Shown here piece by piece: positions 46,848-56,706 of a stretch of 64,000 nt of DNA. Every line of letters starts with the position of its first letter. Within the stretch, counting starts at the first letter, position 1. A program made the position numbers and the translations under genes. The stretch is from positions 314,902-378,901 of the forward strand of contig CAVRXN010000002.1 of the NCBI GenBank assembly GCA_963725235.1, in the 5' to 3' direction. Origin of the DNA: an uncultured bacterium (lineage in GTDB: Bacteria; Patescibacteriota; Minisyncoccia; UBA6257; 2-01-FULL-56-20). The notes beneath the pieces are model-generated. The model did not search any database. It worked only from the letters and a program-made list of their open reading frames with translations, and had not been told where the DNA came from.

Positions 46848-47480
46848 ATGCGAGCAAAAAAAATAAAATTCTACGCATACTTTGTCCCGGGCGGTGCGAA
46901 GCCGATCCAGGGCGTGACAGGTAGTTGGAAAGAATGCGAAAAAATGGTTTCGGGAAAAGTTGGCGCGCGCTTTAAGGCGTTCGAGTCGCGCGGCGAAGCT
47001 GAAGCATGGCTCGCGGGCGGCGCTCGATACGAAGCGCGACCATCGCTCGCGGCGCGAAAACTCGAACCCGGCATTTACTTCGACGCGGGCACCGGGCGCG
47101 GCGAAGGCGTCGAAGTGAGCGTTACCGACGAGCGAGGAAAAAATTTATTGCATAAAGCGGTTTCAAAGCAGCAGCTGAACCAGTTCGGTAAACATGTGAT
47201 CGCGAGCGATACCGCGACGAATAATTATGGCGAGTTGCTCGCGTTACGATATGCACTCGAGATCGCGCGAAAAACCCGCATTAAAAAAATATTCGGCGAC
47301 AGCCGCCTCGTCATCGACTATTGGTCAAAGTGGCGCATCAAACGCAACGAATTACCGGAGGAAACCGTCGAACTCGCGAACGAAGTCGCCGAACTGCGCG
47401 AAAAGTTCGAGTCCGGTGGCGGAACTATCGAGCGCATCGGCGGGGGACATAATCCAGCGGACTTGGGGTTCCATAGATGA
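46848..47480 (+). CDS. rnhA: ribonuclease HI with N-terminal RNase H1/viroplasmin-type hybrid-binding domain
   Basis: 210 aa; KFYAYFVPGG..GVTGSWKECEKMVSG..FKAFESRGEAEAWL, then an RNase H core (YFDAGTGRG.., NNYGELLALRYALEIA, GDSRLVIDYW). Confidence 0.8.
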   Translation: MRAKKIKFYAYFVPGGAKPIQGVTGSWKECEKMVSGKVGARFKAFESRGEAEAWLAGGARYEARPSLAARKLEPGIYFDAGTGRGEGVEVSVTDERGKNLLHKAVSKQQLNQFGKHVIASDTATNNYGELLALRYALEIARKTRIKKIFGDSRLVIDYWSKWRIKRNELPEETVELANEVAELREKFESGGGTIERIGGGHNPADLGFHR

Positions 47481-48340
47481 TGACGATCGCAAAATTCCGA
47501 AAAACCATCCGTGCCCATTACCGAACGCACCCGCGCCCCATGCCCTGGCGCCGGACGCGTGATCGGCGCGATCCATACAAAATTCTCGTTTCCGAAATCA
47601 TGCTCCAGCAAACGCAGGTCGCGCGTGTTATTCCGTTTTATGAAAATTTCATTAAAAAATTCCCAGATTTTAAAACGCTCGCACGGGCAAAAACGAGCGA
47701 GCTACTAAAAGCCTGGCAGGGCCTCGGCTATAACCGCCGTGCGCTCGCGCTACAAAAACTCGCCCGCGAGGCATTAATAAAATATAACGGCAAACTCCCA
47801 CGCTCCACGGATGAACTAATAAAACTCCCTGGCATCGGCCCATATACAGCCGGCGCCATCCGTGCATTCGCATTCAACGAGCCGGACATTTTTATCGAAA
47901 CAAACATTCGCCGTGTTTTTATCCATTTTTTCTTTCCGCCGGCAAAAAAATCGAGTAAAACTGCTAAAAAAGTAACCGACGCATCGCTGCGCCGTTACAT
48001 AGAGCGAACCCTCGACCGCAAAAATCCTCGCGAATGGTATTGGGCGCTTATGGATTACGGAGCGATGATGGGTTCCACGAAAAACCCAAACCGCCGGAGT
48101 GCACATTACACGAAACAATCGAAATTTGCCGGCTCCGACCGGGAAATCCGTGGAAAAATCCTGCGTGAACTGATTGCGGCGGACGATGCGGGCGATGCAG
48201 GAAGCAAGAAAAAAATCAGCATATCGTCTATAATAGAGAAGCTCGTCGAACCACCTACGAAGGTTTCGAAAATTCTCCAATCACTTGCCCACGAAGGTTT
48301 CATTGTGAAAAATGGGCGACACATTCGTATTAATAATTGA
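47477..48340 (+). CDS. HhH-GPD DNA glycosylase, MutY/endonuclease III-like
   Basis: 287 aa; PWRRTRDRRDPYKILVSEIMLQQTQV, WQGLGYNRRA, LPGIGPYTAGAIRAFAF. Confidence 0.8.
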   Translation: MMTIAKFRKTIRAHYRTHPRPMPWRRTRDRRDPYKILVSEIMLQQTQVARVIPFYENFIKKFPDFKTLARAKTSELLKAWQGLGYNRRALALQKLAREALIKYNGKLPRSTDELIKLPGIGPYTAGAIRAFAFNEPDIFIETNIRRVFIHFFFPPAKKSSKTAKKVTDASLRRYIERTLDRKNPREWYWALMDYGAMMGSTKNPNRRSAHYTKQSKFAGSDREIRGKILRELIAADDAGDAGSKKKISISSIIEKLVEPPTKVSKILQSLAHEGFIVKNGRHIRINN

Positions 48341-48354
48341 TTAAACGCCTTTAA

Positions 48355-49527
48355 ATGCCCAAAAAAATTCTTATTATTGGCATAGTACTGGCGGCATGCG
48401 TGCCGATCGGCGTTTTTGCAGCGACAACCCCATTTTATTATGGCGTCTGGCTGCCATACTGGCAGGGCCAGAACGGTGCGGCGAACATTTCTCAAAATCT
48501 GGACAAGCTTAATGAGGTGAGCCCATTTTCATACGAAATCGGCAGTGGCGGAGCGCTGATTGACGATCTGAATATTGGTAATGGCAGTTGGGCGCCGTGG
48601 TTCAGCGCGGTCAAAGAGGACAATATAAAAATAATTCCGACGATTGCCGATTTCGATCCGACCGCGATCTATAACCTGCTGTCGAGCACGGCATCGCGGC
48701 AAGCGGAAGAAAATAGAATTGCTGCACTCGTCAAAGCGCAAAATTTCGACGGCATCGATATCGATTTCGAAAGCATGGATTCGGACACCCGCCCGTACTA
48801 CTCGTTATTTATAGAAGGCCTCGCCGAGCGTTTGCATCCTGCCGGAAAAGAATTGACCTGCACCATCGAAGCGCGCACACCGCCCGTCGATCTGTATCAA
48901 ACGATCCCGACGAATATTACGAGCATCCCGTATCCGGAAAATTACAGCGTGCTCAACCAATACTGCGACGAAGTGCGTGCTATGGCCTATGACGAGGATA
49001 CGATTGATGTTGAACTGAACGCAACGAAAGGCGATGGCCAACTCTACGCACCGGTCGCGGATCCGGATTGGATAAAGCAGGTGCTGAGTGATACGTTGCC
49101 GTATATCAATCCGAAAAAAGTGATGCTCGGTATTCCGACGTATGGCTATGAATATGAAGTTTCATGGACGAGCGGCGTTACGACGTACACGCGTGTCCGC
49201 GCATTCGATTATCTCGATGCGATGGAGCGCGCTGCCTCGATGGACATAACACCAACGCGCGACAATGCGGATGAGCTGAGCTTCGTGTATACATCGTCAA
49301 CCTATCTATCCGAGCCGCCGATCTTGGTGACCGATGTTCTTTCGACGGAGCCGCTGATTTTCGACACGCCTCCGCCCGCGAATGCGACGACGACATTTTT
49401 CGTCAGCTTCCCGGACGCGACGTCGATTGCCGACGAAATTAAAGTGGCTAAAGCCGATGGCCTGCGTGGCGTCATGCTCTTCAAAGCCGATGGCGATATC
49501 GATCCGGCGACATGGCAGTATATGTAA
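48355..49527 (+). CDS. glycoside hydrolase family 18 (chitinase-like), secreted
   Basis: 390 aa; signal/TM N-terminus; catalytic DxxDxDxE motif FDGIDIDFE. Confidence 0.8.
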   Translation: MPKKILIIGIVLAACVPIGVFAATTPFYYGVWLPYWQGQNGAANISQNLDKLNEVSPFSYEIGSGGALIDDLNIGNGSWAPWFSAVKEDNIKIIPTIADFDPTAIYNLLSSTASRQAEENRIAALVKAQNFDGIDIDFESMDSDTRPYYSLFIEGLAERLHPAGKELTCTIEARTPPVDLYQTIPTNITSIPYPENYSVLNQYCDEVRAMAYDEDTIDVELNATKGDGQLYAPVADPDWIKQVLSDTLPYINPKKVMLGIPTYGYEYEVSWTSGVTTYTRVRAFDYLDAMERAASMDITPTRDNADELSFVYTSSTYLSEPPILVTDVLSTEPLIFDTPPPANATTTFFVSFPDATSIADEIKVAKADGLRGVMLFKADGDIDPATWQYM

Positions 49528-50135
49528 AAACGAGGATGGTTGTCGGAATCGACGAAGTTGGGCGCGGAGCGCTCGCTGGTCCGGTCGTCGTTGCCGCTGC
49601 AGCAATTGGCGGCCGATTATCATTCGCGACCAACCTCGTCACATTAAAAGATTCTAAAAAACTGAGCGCGAAGCAGCGGGAACAGTGGTACAAATTATTT
49701 ATCACGCATCCAAAAATCTCATTCGTCGTCGCGCGTGTATATCCCCGCCAGATCGAGAAACGGAATATTTCGCAGGCTGCCAATTTGGCGGCGCAGCGTG
49801 TAATTAAAAAATTATTAAAAACCGGCGAGCGATTTTCAATTCCGATATTCCTCGATGGCGGCCTCTATCTCGGCAACAAAAAATGGCAGGCAAAAAATAC
49901 TGCGGCGAACACGATGGTCAAAGCGGATGAAACTATTGAGGCCGTCATGATCGCTTCGATAATCGCCAAAGTCCATCGCGACCGATTCATGAAAAAGCTG
50001 GCAAAGCGGCATCCGAAGTATGGTTTCGAAATCCATAAGGGCTATGGAACAAAAATCCACCAGACGGCAATTGCGCAATACGGCCCATCCGTCGTCCACC
50101 GATTGACTTTCATCAAGAAAGCCGCTACAATCTAA
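49512..50135 (+). CDS. rnhB: ribonuclease HII
   Basis: 207 aa; VVGIDEVGRGALAGPVV, DSKKLSAKQRE, ASIIAKVHRD. Confidence 0.9.
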   Translation: MAVYVKTRMVVGIDEVGRGALAGPVVVAAAAIGGRLSFATNLVTLKDSKKLSAKQREQWYKLFITHPKISFVVARVYPRQIEKRNISQAANLAAQRVIKKLLKTGERFSIPIFLDGGLYLGNKKWQAKNTAANTMVKADETIEAVMIASIIAKVHRDRFMKKLAKRHPKYGFEIHKGYGTKIHQTAIAQYGPSVVHRLTFIKKAATI

Positions 50136-50145
50136 CGATAAACCA

Positions 50146-50298
50146 ATGGGAGGCGTACCAGTAAAACATCATTCCAAAGGCAAGGTCGGCCGCCGCCGGT
50201 CGCATTTGGCTATGAAAAAGGAACGCTTGCTCGTTTGCAAAAACTGTGGCGCGCCGAAGATGGCGCACCGGGTTTGCCCGCAGTGCGGCAAGAAGTAG
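50146..50298 (+). CDS. rpmF: 50S ribosomal protein L32
   Basis: 50 aa, below the track cutoff; my translation MGGVPVKHHSKGKVGRRRSHLAMKKERLLVCKNCGAPKMAHRVCPQCGKK has CxxC..CxxC. Confidence 0.85.
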   Translation: MGGVPVKHHSKGKVGRRRSHLAMKKERLLVCKNCGAPKMAHRVCPQCGKK

Positions 50299-50365
50299 CG
50301 GCGAGCCGCAGGGCGGCGCCACGCAGTTTGCAGTATTTCGGAAACAGGAGTAAATTTACAAGTAG

Positions 50366-50812
50366 ATGGCCACTCGGCACCTTATACGAACAGTAATTTT
50401 GCAATCGTTATACGAGTGGGATTTTTATGGTCAAAAGAAAGATGTGACGGCGATACTCGAGCGAAATATGGCCGAGTTTGCGCCCGGCGTTGATGAGCCC
50501 GAGTTCGGCTGGAAAATTATGCAGGGCGTCGCTGAACATTTTAAAGAGATAGACAACATCATCCGGAAAGCCGCTCCCGAATGGCCGCTCGAGAAAATAG
50601 CGATCATAGACCGCAACATTTTGCGCATCGGTCTCTATGAATTACTGTTCGCAAATCCGGACGAGGTGCCGCCGAAAGTGGCAATCAACGAAGCGATCGA
50701 ATTAGCAAAAAATTATGGCGGACCGAATGCCGCACGGTTTATCAATGGCGTTCTTGGAACGATCTATCGCGAAATGCATCCGGCAACTGGACCTGAAATG
50801 ATCAAAAAATAA
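50366..50812 (+). CDS. nusB: transcription antitermination factor NusB
   Basis: 148 aa; [48 protein letters not shown]. Confidence 0.9.
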   Translation: MATRHLIRTVILQSLYEWDFYGQKKDVTAILERNMAEFAPGVDEPEFGWKIMQGVAEHFKEIDNIIRKAAPEWPLEKIAIIDRNILRIGLYELLFANPDEVPPKVAINEAIELAKNYGGPNAARFINGVLGTIYREMHPATGPEMIKK

Positions 50813-50870
50813 TTAACCACAGCTACCATCCTCACGGACGCGGGTTCGCCCGTTTTCATGAGAATGGCAG

Positions 50871-51569
50871 ATGTATTTTCCGAATATGGAGTTATCTGCA
50901 TTAGAAAAAAAACTCGGCGTCAATTTTAAAAAAGAAGATTTATTGACAGAGGCACTTACGCATCGTTCATATTTGAACGAGTATCCGCGTTGGCGCCTGC
51001 CGCATAACGAGCGTCTCGAATATCTCGGGGACGCTGTTTTAGAGTTGCTCGTTTCCGAAGAATTGTTCGAAAAATTCCCGAAGGAACCGGAGGGCCAATT
51101 GACGGTTTTGCGCGCCGCACTCGTCAACTACCAAATCCTCGCGCGCGTCGCCGAAACCGTCGGCCTCCAGAGTTTTATTTTAATGTCGCGCGGCGAGCGG
51201 AAAGATACCGGCCGCGCGCGTGAAGTTATTTTGGCGAATGCGATCGAAGCGGTCATCGGCGCGATATATGTCGACCAGGGTCTCGAAAAAGTCCGCGGTT
51301 TTGTAAAAAAATTCGTGATGGCGAACCTCGACGACGTATTGGAAACAAAAAGCTATCGCGACGCAAAAAGTGAATTGCAGGAAATTGTCCAGGAAAAATT
51401 AAAAGTTACGCCGAACTATAACGTACTCGATGAAGCGGGCCCGGCGCATAAACGGACGTTCAGGATGGGAGTTTATTTTGGCGGCAAGCTGATCGCTTCT
51501 GGCGAGGGGCCGTCGAAGCAGGAAGCCGAGATCGAGGCGGCGAAGAATGCATTAAAGAAATATAAATAA
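50871..51569 (+). CDS. rnc: ribonuclease III
   Basis: 232 aa; NERLEYLGDAVLELLVSE signature and a C-terminal dsRBD (GPAHKRTF.., GEGPSKQEAEIEAAK). Confidence 0.9.
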   Translation: MYFPNMELSALEKKLGVNFKKEDLLTEALTHRSYLNEYPRWRLPHNERLEYLGDAVLELLVSEELFEKFPKEPEGQLTVLRAALVNYQILARVAETVGLQSFILMSRGERKDTGRAREVILANAIEAVIGAIYVDQGLEKVRGFVKKFVMANLDDVLETKSYRDAKSELQEIVQEKLKVTPNYNVLDEAGPAHKRTFRMGVYFGGKLIASGEGPSKQEAEIEAAKNALKKYK

Positions 51570-51577
51570 TTTTTTCC

Positions 51578-53896
51578 ATGCCCCATCTATTGAAACGGCT
51601 CGAACTGAACGGCTTTAAATCTTTTGCAGGGAAGACGGTCTTGGAATTCCCGGCGGGAATTATAGGTATCGTGGGTCCAAATGGATCCGGCAAGACCAAT
51701 GTTGTCGAAAGTATTCGGTGGCTGTTGGGTGAGCGCGACAGTAAGAACCTTCGCGGAGGAAAAGTGGAAGATTTGATCTTCGCAGGGACACCGAAGCGGG
51801 CGCGGGTCGGCGTCGCAAGTGCCAGTTTATATTTCGAAAATAAAAATAAGTTTTTTCCAGTAGATTTCGAAGAAGTCGTTGTTACCCGCCAGATCTCTCG
51901 CGGCGGCGATAGTAAATATTTTTTAAATAAATCAGAGGTTTTATTACGCGACCTTGTCGATTTTTTTGCAAAAGCACGTCTCGGCAGCCGCGGTATGGTG
52001 ATCATCGGCCAGGGAAATAGCGACCTTTTCGTCCGCTCAACACCGACAGAGCGGCGCGAGATGATAGAAGAGGTATTGGGCCTCCGCGAATATCAAATTA
52101 AAAAAGCCGATGCGGAACGGCGTCTGAAAAATACGCGGATCAATCTCGAGAAGACAAAGGCGCTGGTAGGGGAAATTCTGCCGCATTTGCGTTCGCTGAA
52201 GCGCCAGACGAGCCGCTGGGAACGGCGCGATGCGCTTGAAGAAGAATTACAGACGCTCGAAGGCCAATTTTTTGGATCGCAGCTGCATGAAATTTCAATT
52301 AAAACGGTGGCAGCTGAAGCGGCAATCACGGAAAACAAAAAACAGTTCGACGCGCTTGAAAAGGAATTACACGAAGCCGAGGCGCGTCAGGCGAAAGTTG
52401 AAGCGAGCCAGCCGGAAGAAAAGCGTGAACTGGCAAAAATAAAGGAGACCGTGCGGGCGTTGCTCGAGCGGCGGAGCGAATCGCAGAAAGATCTCGGCCG
52501 GCTCGAAGCGCAGATCGAAATTGCTCGGTCGCAGCCCGCGACGGGCACAGGTGGGCCAGCGGAGAAAAATAATCGCAGTGCGGATGACGATGACGAGCTC
52601 GAAAAGTTAACCGATCTTATAAAAAAGTTAAAAACCGAGCTTGAGTTGGCGTTGAACGAAGATCCGCGTGAGCTACAAGCGGTCGTCGAAACGATTATCG
52701 AAGAGATGCAGTTCGTGATCGAGGATGCGGAACGGCGTGAGAAGCGTGCGGCGAAGGCAGGTGCGCGAGCGAACGATGAGGAAGAGGCACCGATGAAAAA
52801 GTCAGGCGTGCCAGAAGGTATGAAAAAAGAACTCGAAAAACTGACGGCGGATCTTCGCATGCTCGAAAAAGAACTTGCTGATTTGCGCACGCAGGAAAAA
52901 TCACTCGAAGAAAGCCAGGAAGGATTTTATAAAACCTTCAAGGATGCAGTCGCGGCGGTTCAAGCGGCGAAAAATAAAATAGGGGAATGGGAAAATCGAA
53001 ATCGCGAACGCGTGCTCGAGAAGGAACGGCTCGATTTGCGGCGCGAGGAGGTTGTTCGGCAAATCGAACAAGCCGGGCGGCATGCGGAGGATTTTGCTAT
53101 GGCGGCAAAAAACGGCGATACAAAGGTCGCCGCGGAAACTTTCTCATCCGTCGAGCTGCAGGATATGGAGAAGCGCCTATTCCGGTTGCGCGGCGAGCTG
53201 GCGTCGATCGGCGAAGTGGATCAGGCATTAATGAAAGAGGCACAGGATACGGAGACGCGCTATGCGTTTTTGACGAAAGAATCTGAAGACCTCGAGAAAG
53301 CTGTTACTGACCTTACCGCGTTGATGCATGAGCTTTCGGAAAAGATTAAAACCGAATTTGATAAATCCTTACATAAAATCAACGACGCATTTAATGAATT
53401 TTTCAAAACTATGTTTGGCGAGGGCGGGGCGAAGTTGAAAGTGCAGAAGCCGAAGGAGATTGGCGGGGGCGCCGGTGAGGATAATGAGAACGGGGCGGAC
53501 GGCGAGGGGATAATTACTGACGCAAAAGACGAAGAAACCGACCCGCTGTTGCAAAAGCCCGGCGGCGTCGAAATCGAATTGAAGCTCGCGCGCAAACGAA
53601 TTACGTCGCTCGACGCGCTCTCCGGCGGCGAACGTTCGCTCGTCGGTATCGCCGCACTGTTCGCGATGGTGTCCGTCAGCCCGCCGCCATTCCTCGTCCT
53701 CGACGAAATCGACGCGCCACTCGATGAACGCAACGCACGCCGCTTCAGCGAAATGTTAAAAAATTTCTCGAAACACACGCAATTCCTCGTCGTCACGCAT
53801 AATCGCGCGACCATGGAAGCCGCCGACATCCTCTACGGCGTGACGCTCGCCGAAGATGGCAGCTCGAAGGTGGTGTCGTTGAAGTTGGAGAATTAA
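51578..53896 (+). CDS. smc: SMC-family ATPase (short, no recognisable hinge)
   Basis: 772 aa; Walker A GPNGSGKTN, long coiled-coil/charged middle, C-terminal LSGGERSLVGIAALFAM and LVLDEIDAPLDERN. Confidence 0.8.
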   Translation: MPHLLKRLELNGFKSFAGKTVLEFPAGIIGIVGPNGSGKTNVVESIRWLLGERDSKNLRGGKVEDLIFAGTPKRARVGVASASLYFENKNKFFPVDFEEVVVTRQISRGGDSKYFLNKSEVLLRDLVDFFAKARLGSRGMVIIGQGNSDLFVRSTPTERREMIEEVLGLREYQIKKADAERRLKNTRINLEKTKALVGEILPHLRSLKRQTSRWERRDALEEELQTLEGQFFGSQLHEISIKTVAAEAAITENKKQFDALEKELHEAEARQAKVEASQPEEKRELAKIKETVRALLERRSESQKDLGRLEAQIEIARSQPATGTGGPAEKNNRSADDDDELEKLTDLIKKLKTELELALNEDPRELQAVVETIIEEMQFVIEDAERREKRAAKAGARANDEEEAPMKKSGVPEGMKKELEKLTADLRMLEKELADLRTQEKSLEESQEGFYKTFKDAVAAVQAAKNKIGEWENRNRERVLEKERLDLRREEVVRQIEQAGRHAEDFAMAAKNGDTKVAAETFSSVELQDMEKRLFRLRGELASIGEVDQALMKEAQDTETRYAFLTKESEDLEKAVTDLTALMHELSEKIKTEFDKSLHKINDAFNEFFKTMFGEGGAKLKVQKPKEIGGGAGEDNENGADGEGIITDAKDEETDPLLQKPGGVEIELKLARKRITSLDALSGGERSLVGIAALFAMVSVSPPPFLVLDEIDAPLDERNARRFSEMLKNFSKHTQFLVVTHNRATMEAADILYGVTLAEDGSSKVVSLKLEN

Positions 53897-53901
53897 TCGT
53901 G

Positions 53902-53972
53902 TGGACCCAGGGAGAATCGGACTCCCGCCTCAGCAATGCGAATGCCGCGTAATACCACTTTACTATGGGCCC
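53902..53972 (-). tRNA. tRNA-Ala (CGC)
   Basis: Manual fold: acceptor GGGCCCA/TGGGTCC with G3:U70, anticodon arm CGGCA-TTCGCAT-TGCTG, T arm GGGAG-TCCGATT-CTCCC; CCA not encoded. Confidence 0.85.
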
Positions 53973-54082
53973 GAAGCGAGCTGGCAACAAATAAGCTAGC
54001 TTATTTATTGTCAGCGAACGAGGGCGCACGCGGCTGCCGCGGGGGCCCGAAAATCTTTTATATAGTATGGTAAAATTCCATT

Positions 54083-54847
54083 ATGCGCAAATTGATTGTA
54101 GCGAATTGGAAGGAAAATCCTGGAACCGAATCGGCAGCGGCAAAGCTATTTAAAGAAATCGCAGCGATCAAGCGCCCGAACGCCGACGTCGTCGTTTGCC
54201 CACCGTTTGTATATATCGAAGAGATTACCGAAGCGTATCGAAAAATATCAGCGCGGGCAAAAAAAGACCTTGCAATCGGCGCGCAGGATATTTTTTGGGA
54301 AGAACGAGGTGCGTTCACGAGCGCCGTCGGCCCAAGCATGGTAAAAAAGCTCGGCGCGAAATACGTTATCATCGGCCACTCGGAACGCCGCCGTTATCTG
54401 AAAGAGACCGACGAGATGATAAATGCAAAAATTAAATTGGCGTTAAAAGACAATCTGAACGTTATTCTCTGCGTCGGCGAGCCGATCGCGGTTCGAAAAA
54501 AGGGAATGGCCGCCGTAAAAGCATTCATTAAAAGTCAATTAAAAAAAGACCTCCCCGGGATACTCGCCGGGATAAAAGGAAAATTGACCATCGCCTACGA
54601 ACCGATCTGGGCGATCGGCAGCGGACGGAATGATAACCCTGAAGACGCACGGGCAATGGCAAAATTCATGAAAGACGAAGCGAAGAAAATAAGTGGCGCC
54701 AAAATCATATTTCTCTATGGCGGCTCGGTCAATGGCAAAAATGCGGGCAATTATATACAATATAAAGAGATCGATGGCGCACTGGTCGGAGGCGCAAGTT
54801 TAAAGCCGGTAGAGTTCGGAAAAATAATAGCGGCAACAGCAAAATAA
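54083..54847 (+). CDS. tpiA: triosephosphate isomerase
   Basis: 254 aa; IVANWKEN, IIGHSERR, AYEPIWAIGSG, YGGSV. Confidence 0.95.
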   Translation: MRKLIVANWKENPGTESAAAKLFKEIAAIKRPNADVVVCPPFVYIEEITEAYRKISARAKKDLAIGAQDIFWEERGAFTSAVGPSMVKKLGAKYVIIGHSERRRYLKETDEMINAKIKLALKDNLNVILCVGEPIAVRKKGMAAVKAFIKSQLKKDLPGILAGIKGKLTIAYEPIWAIGSGRNDNPEDARAMAKFMKDEAKKISGAKIIFLYGGSVNGKNAGNYIQYKEIDGALVGGASLKPVEFGKIIAATAK

Positions 54848-54865
54848 AATAATTAAAATAACATT

Positions 54866-55621
54866 ATGGACAAATCAATGAAACCGTTTTGGGGAGTGAT
54901 GACAGCGTTTATAGCGATTCTAATCTTGTTTTTAGTGGCGTTTGCGATACCGGCAACGCTCGCATGGCAGGGTTCGTTCACGCCCGCGCGGACGATAACC
55001 GTCAGTGCGCAAGGGATGACGACAGCGACGCCGGATGAAGCGGTCGTCGATTTCTCTGTCGTAACGCAGGGGACGAATCCGCAGACGCTGAGCGACAACA
55101 ACAATACAAAGATAGGCGCGGTGATGCAGTTTCTCGGCGCACAAAACATCGCGTCGAGCGATGTTGCGACAACGGGCTACGACCTCCAGCCGAATTATAT
55201 TTACGATCAGGCGTCGCAGCGGAATGATATAACAGGTTATACGCTGACACAAACCGTAGAAGTCAAAATCAAGGACCTGACGCAAGTGGCAACGGTTCTC
55301 GGCGGCCTCGCACCGCTTGGCGTGAACCAAATTGGCGGCGTCAACTTTACATTCCAGAATCCGGATGAGTTTACCGCGATCGCGCGTGGCATCGCGCTGA
55401 CGAACGCCTCGACCGAAGCCGGCCAGATGGCCGCGCAAGCGGGCGCGTCGCTCGGCGAAGTCGTGACGGTAAGCGAGTCATCAAACATCCTGGTGCCGGG
55501 ACCACAGCCGGTGTACGCGATGGCTGCGGGCGGGGCAACGAGCGCACCGGTTACTCCGTCGCTCGCACCGGGAACGCAGCAAGTTACGGATAACGTGACG
55601 GTGACCTACGAGTTAAAATAA
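54866..55621 (+). CDS. SIMPL (DUF541) domain protein, membrane-anchored
   Basis: 251 aa; N-terminal TM; ITVSAQGMTTATPDEAVVDFSV..YDLQPNY..GYTLTQTVEVKI pattern of SIMPL/BP26-like proteins. Confidence 0.75.
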   Translation: MDKSMKPFWGVMTAFIAILILFLVAFAIPATLAWQGSFTPARTITVSAQGMTTATPDEAVVDFSVVTQGTNPQTLSDNNNTKIGAVMQFLGAQNIASSDVATTGYDLQPNYIYDQASQRNDITGYTLTQTVEVKIKDLTQVATVLGGLAPLGVNQIGGVNFTFQNPDEFTAIARGIALTNASTEAGQMAAQAGASLGEVVTVSESSNILVPGPQPVYAMAAGGATSAPVTPSLAPGTQQVTDNVTVTYELK

Positions 55622-55628
55622 CGCGATC

Positions 55629-56273
55629 ATGACGACGATGCCGCGGCGCGACCTCTTAAGCGGTTTTATCATCGGCGCCGCCGTCGGATTGCTCATCCAG
55701 CCAATTCTCGCAAACAATGTGCCGGCGCATGACCTGGCGTATCTTACGCCGCTGGTTCGCGCCGGCATTTTTGTTTTCTTCCTCATCCTCGCCCCGCTCG
55801 CCCTCTGGATTATAAAAATGCTGGCGACAGCCGTCCGCGGTTTGCGCGGCCTCTACCAATTCGCCCAATTCGCCGCCGTTGGAACGTTAAATAGTTTCAT
55901 TTACGCCGGCATATTAAATCTCGAAACCTTTTGGTATGGCTCGGCCATGATAAGCAACGTGCGTTTCGCCGTGTTTGTGGCGATATGCTTTTTATTTTCG
56001 ACAACCAACAGCTTTTTCTGGAATAAATACTGGACGTTTGACGTGCATGGAAAAGCGAACGCGGGTGAGGTCAGCGGTTTCTACGGGGTCGCGCTCGTAG
56101 GATTAGTGTTAAGCACGGCAGCGGCGACCATAACAAAGATCCTTGGCCCCGCCGATTCGCATATTTGGATCAACATCGTTGCACCGCTCGCCGGCATCGC
56201 CGTTTCGTTCATATGGAATTTTTTCGGCTACAAGTTTTGGGTGTTTAAGAAGCCCGCCGCGCCGCGCGAATGA
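55629..56273 (+). CDS. GtrA family membrane protein
   Basis: 214 aa; 4 TM; FAQFAAVGTLNSFIYAGILN and FFWNKYWTF motifs. Confidence 0.75.
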   Translation: MTTMPRRDLLSGFIIGAAVGLLIQPILANNVPAHDLAYLTPLVRAGIFVFFLILAPLALWIIKMLATAVRGLRGLYQFAQFAAVGTLNSFIYAGILNLETFWYGSAMISNVRFAVFVAICFLFSTTNSFFWNKYWTFDVHGKANAGEVSGFYGVALVGLVLSTAAATITKILGPADSHIWINIVAPLAGIAVSFIWNFFGYKFWVFKKPAAPRE

Positions 56274-56294
56274 TGAATATGATATAATAAAAAC

Positions 56295-56699
56295 ATGTTC
56301 CCGCTCTACTTCCTGTATGACCAGTGGCCGGTGCTTATCCTTCGCATCGCCCTAGGCGCCATTTTCATCGCACATGGTTGGCCAAAGATTCGCAACCTGA
56401 AGCAAACGGCAAAGAATTTTGATGCGATGGGCTTCAAGCCGGGCAAATTGTCCGGAACAATCGCGGCGCTGCTCGAATTCTTCGGTGGCTTCTTAATTTT
56501 AGTCGGCCTCGCCACCGGTCCGGTCGCAGCACTTTTTATAATCGAATTCGTAGTCATTATCATCTGGCGTCTCGCTAAAAAAATGCCGTTCATCGGCGGC
56601 TGGGAACTCGATCTCCTGATTCTCGCCGGTGTCATCGCGCTATTCGCCCTCGGCGGGGGAATGTATTCACTCGATCGGCTATGGTTCGGTATGTTATAA
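56295..56699 (+). CDS. DoxX family membrane protein
   Basis: 134 aa; LRIALGAIFIAHGWPKI and 4 TM helices. Confidence 0.8.
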   Translation: MFPLYFLYDQWPVLILRIALGAIFIAHGWPKIRNLKQTAKNFDAMGFKPGKLSGTIAALLEFFGGFLILVGLATGPVAALFIIEFVVIIIWRLAKKMPFIGGWELDLLILAGVIALFALGGGMYSLDRLWFGML

Positions 56700-56706
56700 T
56701 AAAAGT

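Noticed and set aside
52387-53829. Long antisense ORFs inside smc (52387..52890, 53260..53829, others)
   Set aside because: They lie opposite a confidently identified SMC gene whose Glu/Lys/Ala-rich coiled coil gives stop-poor antisense frames. Their sequences are low-complexity Ser/Phe-rich.
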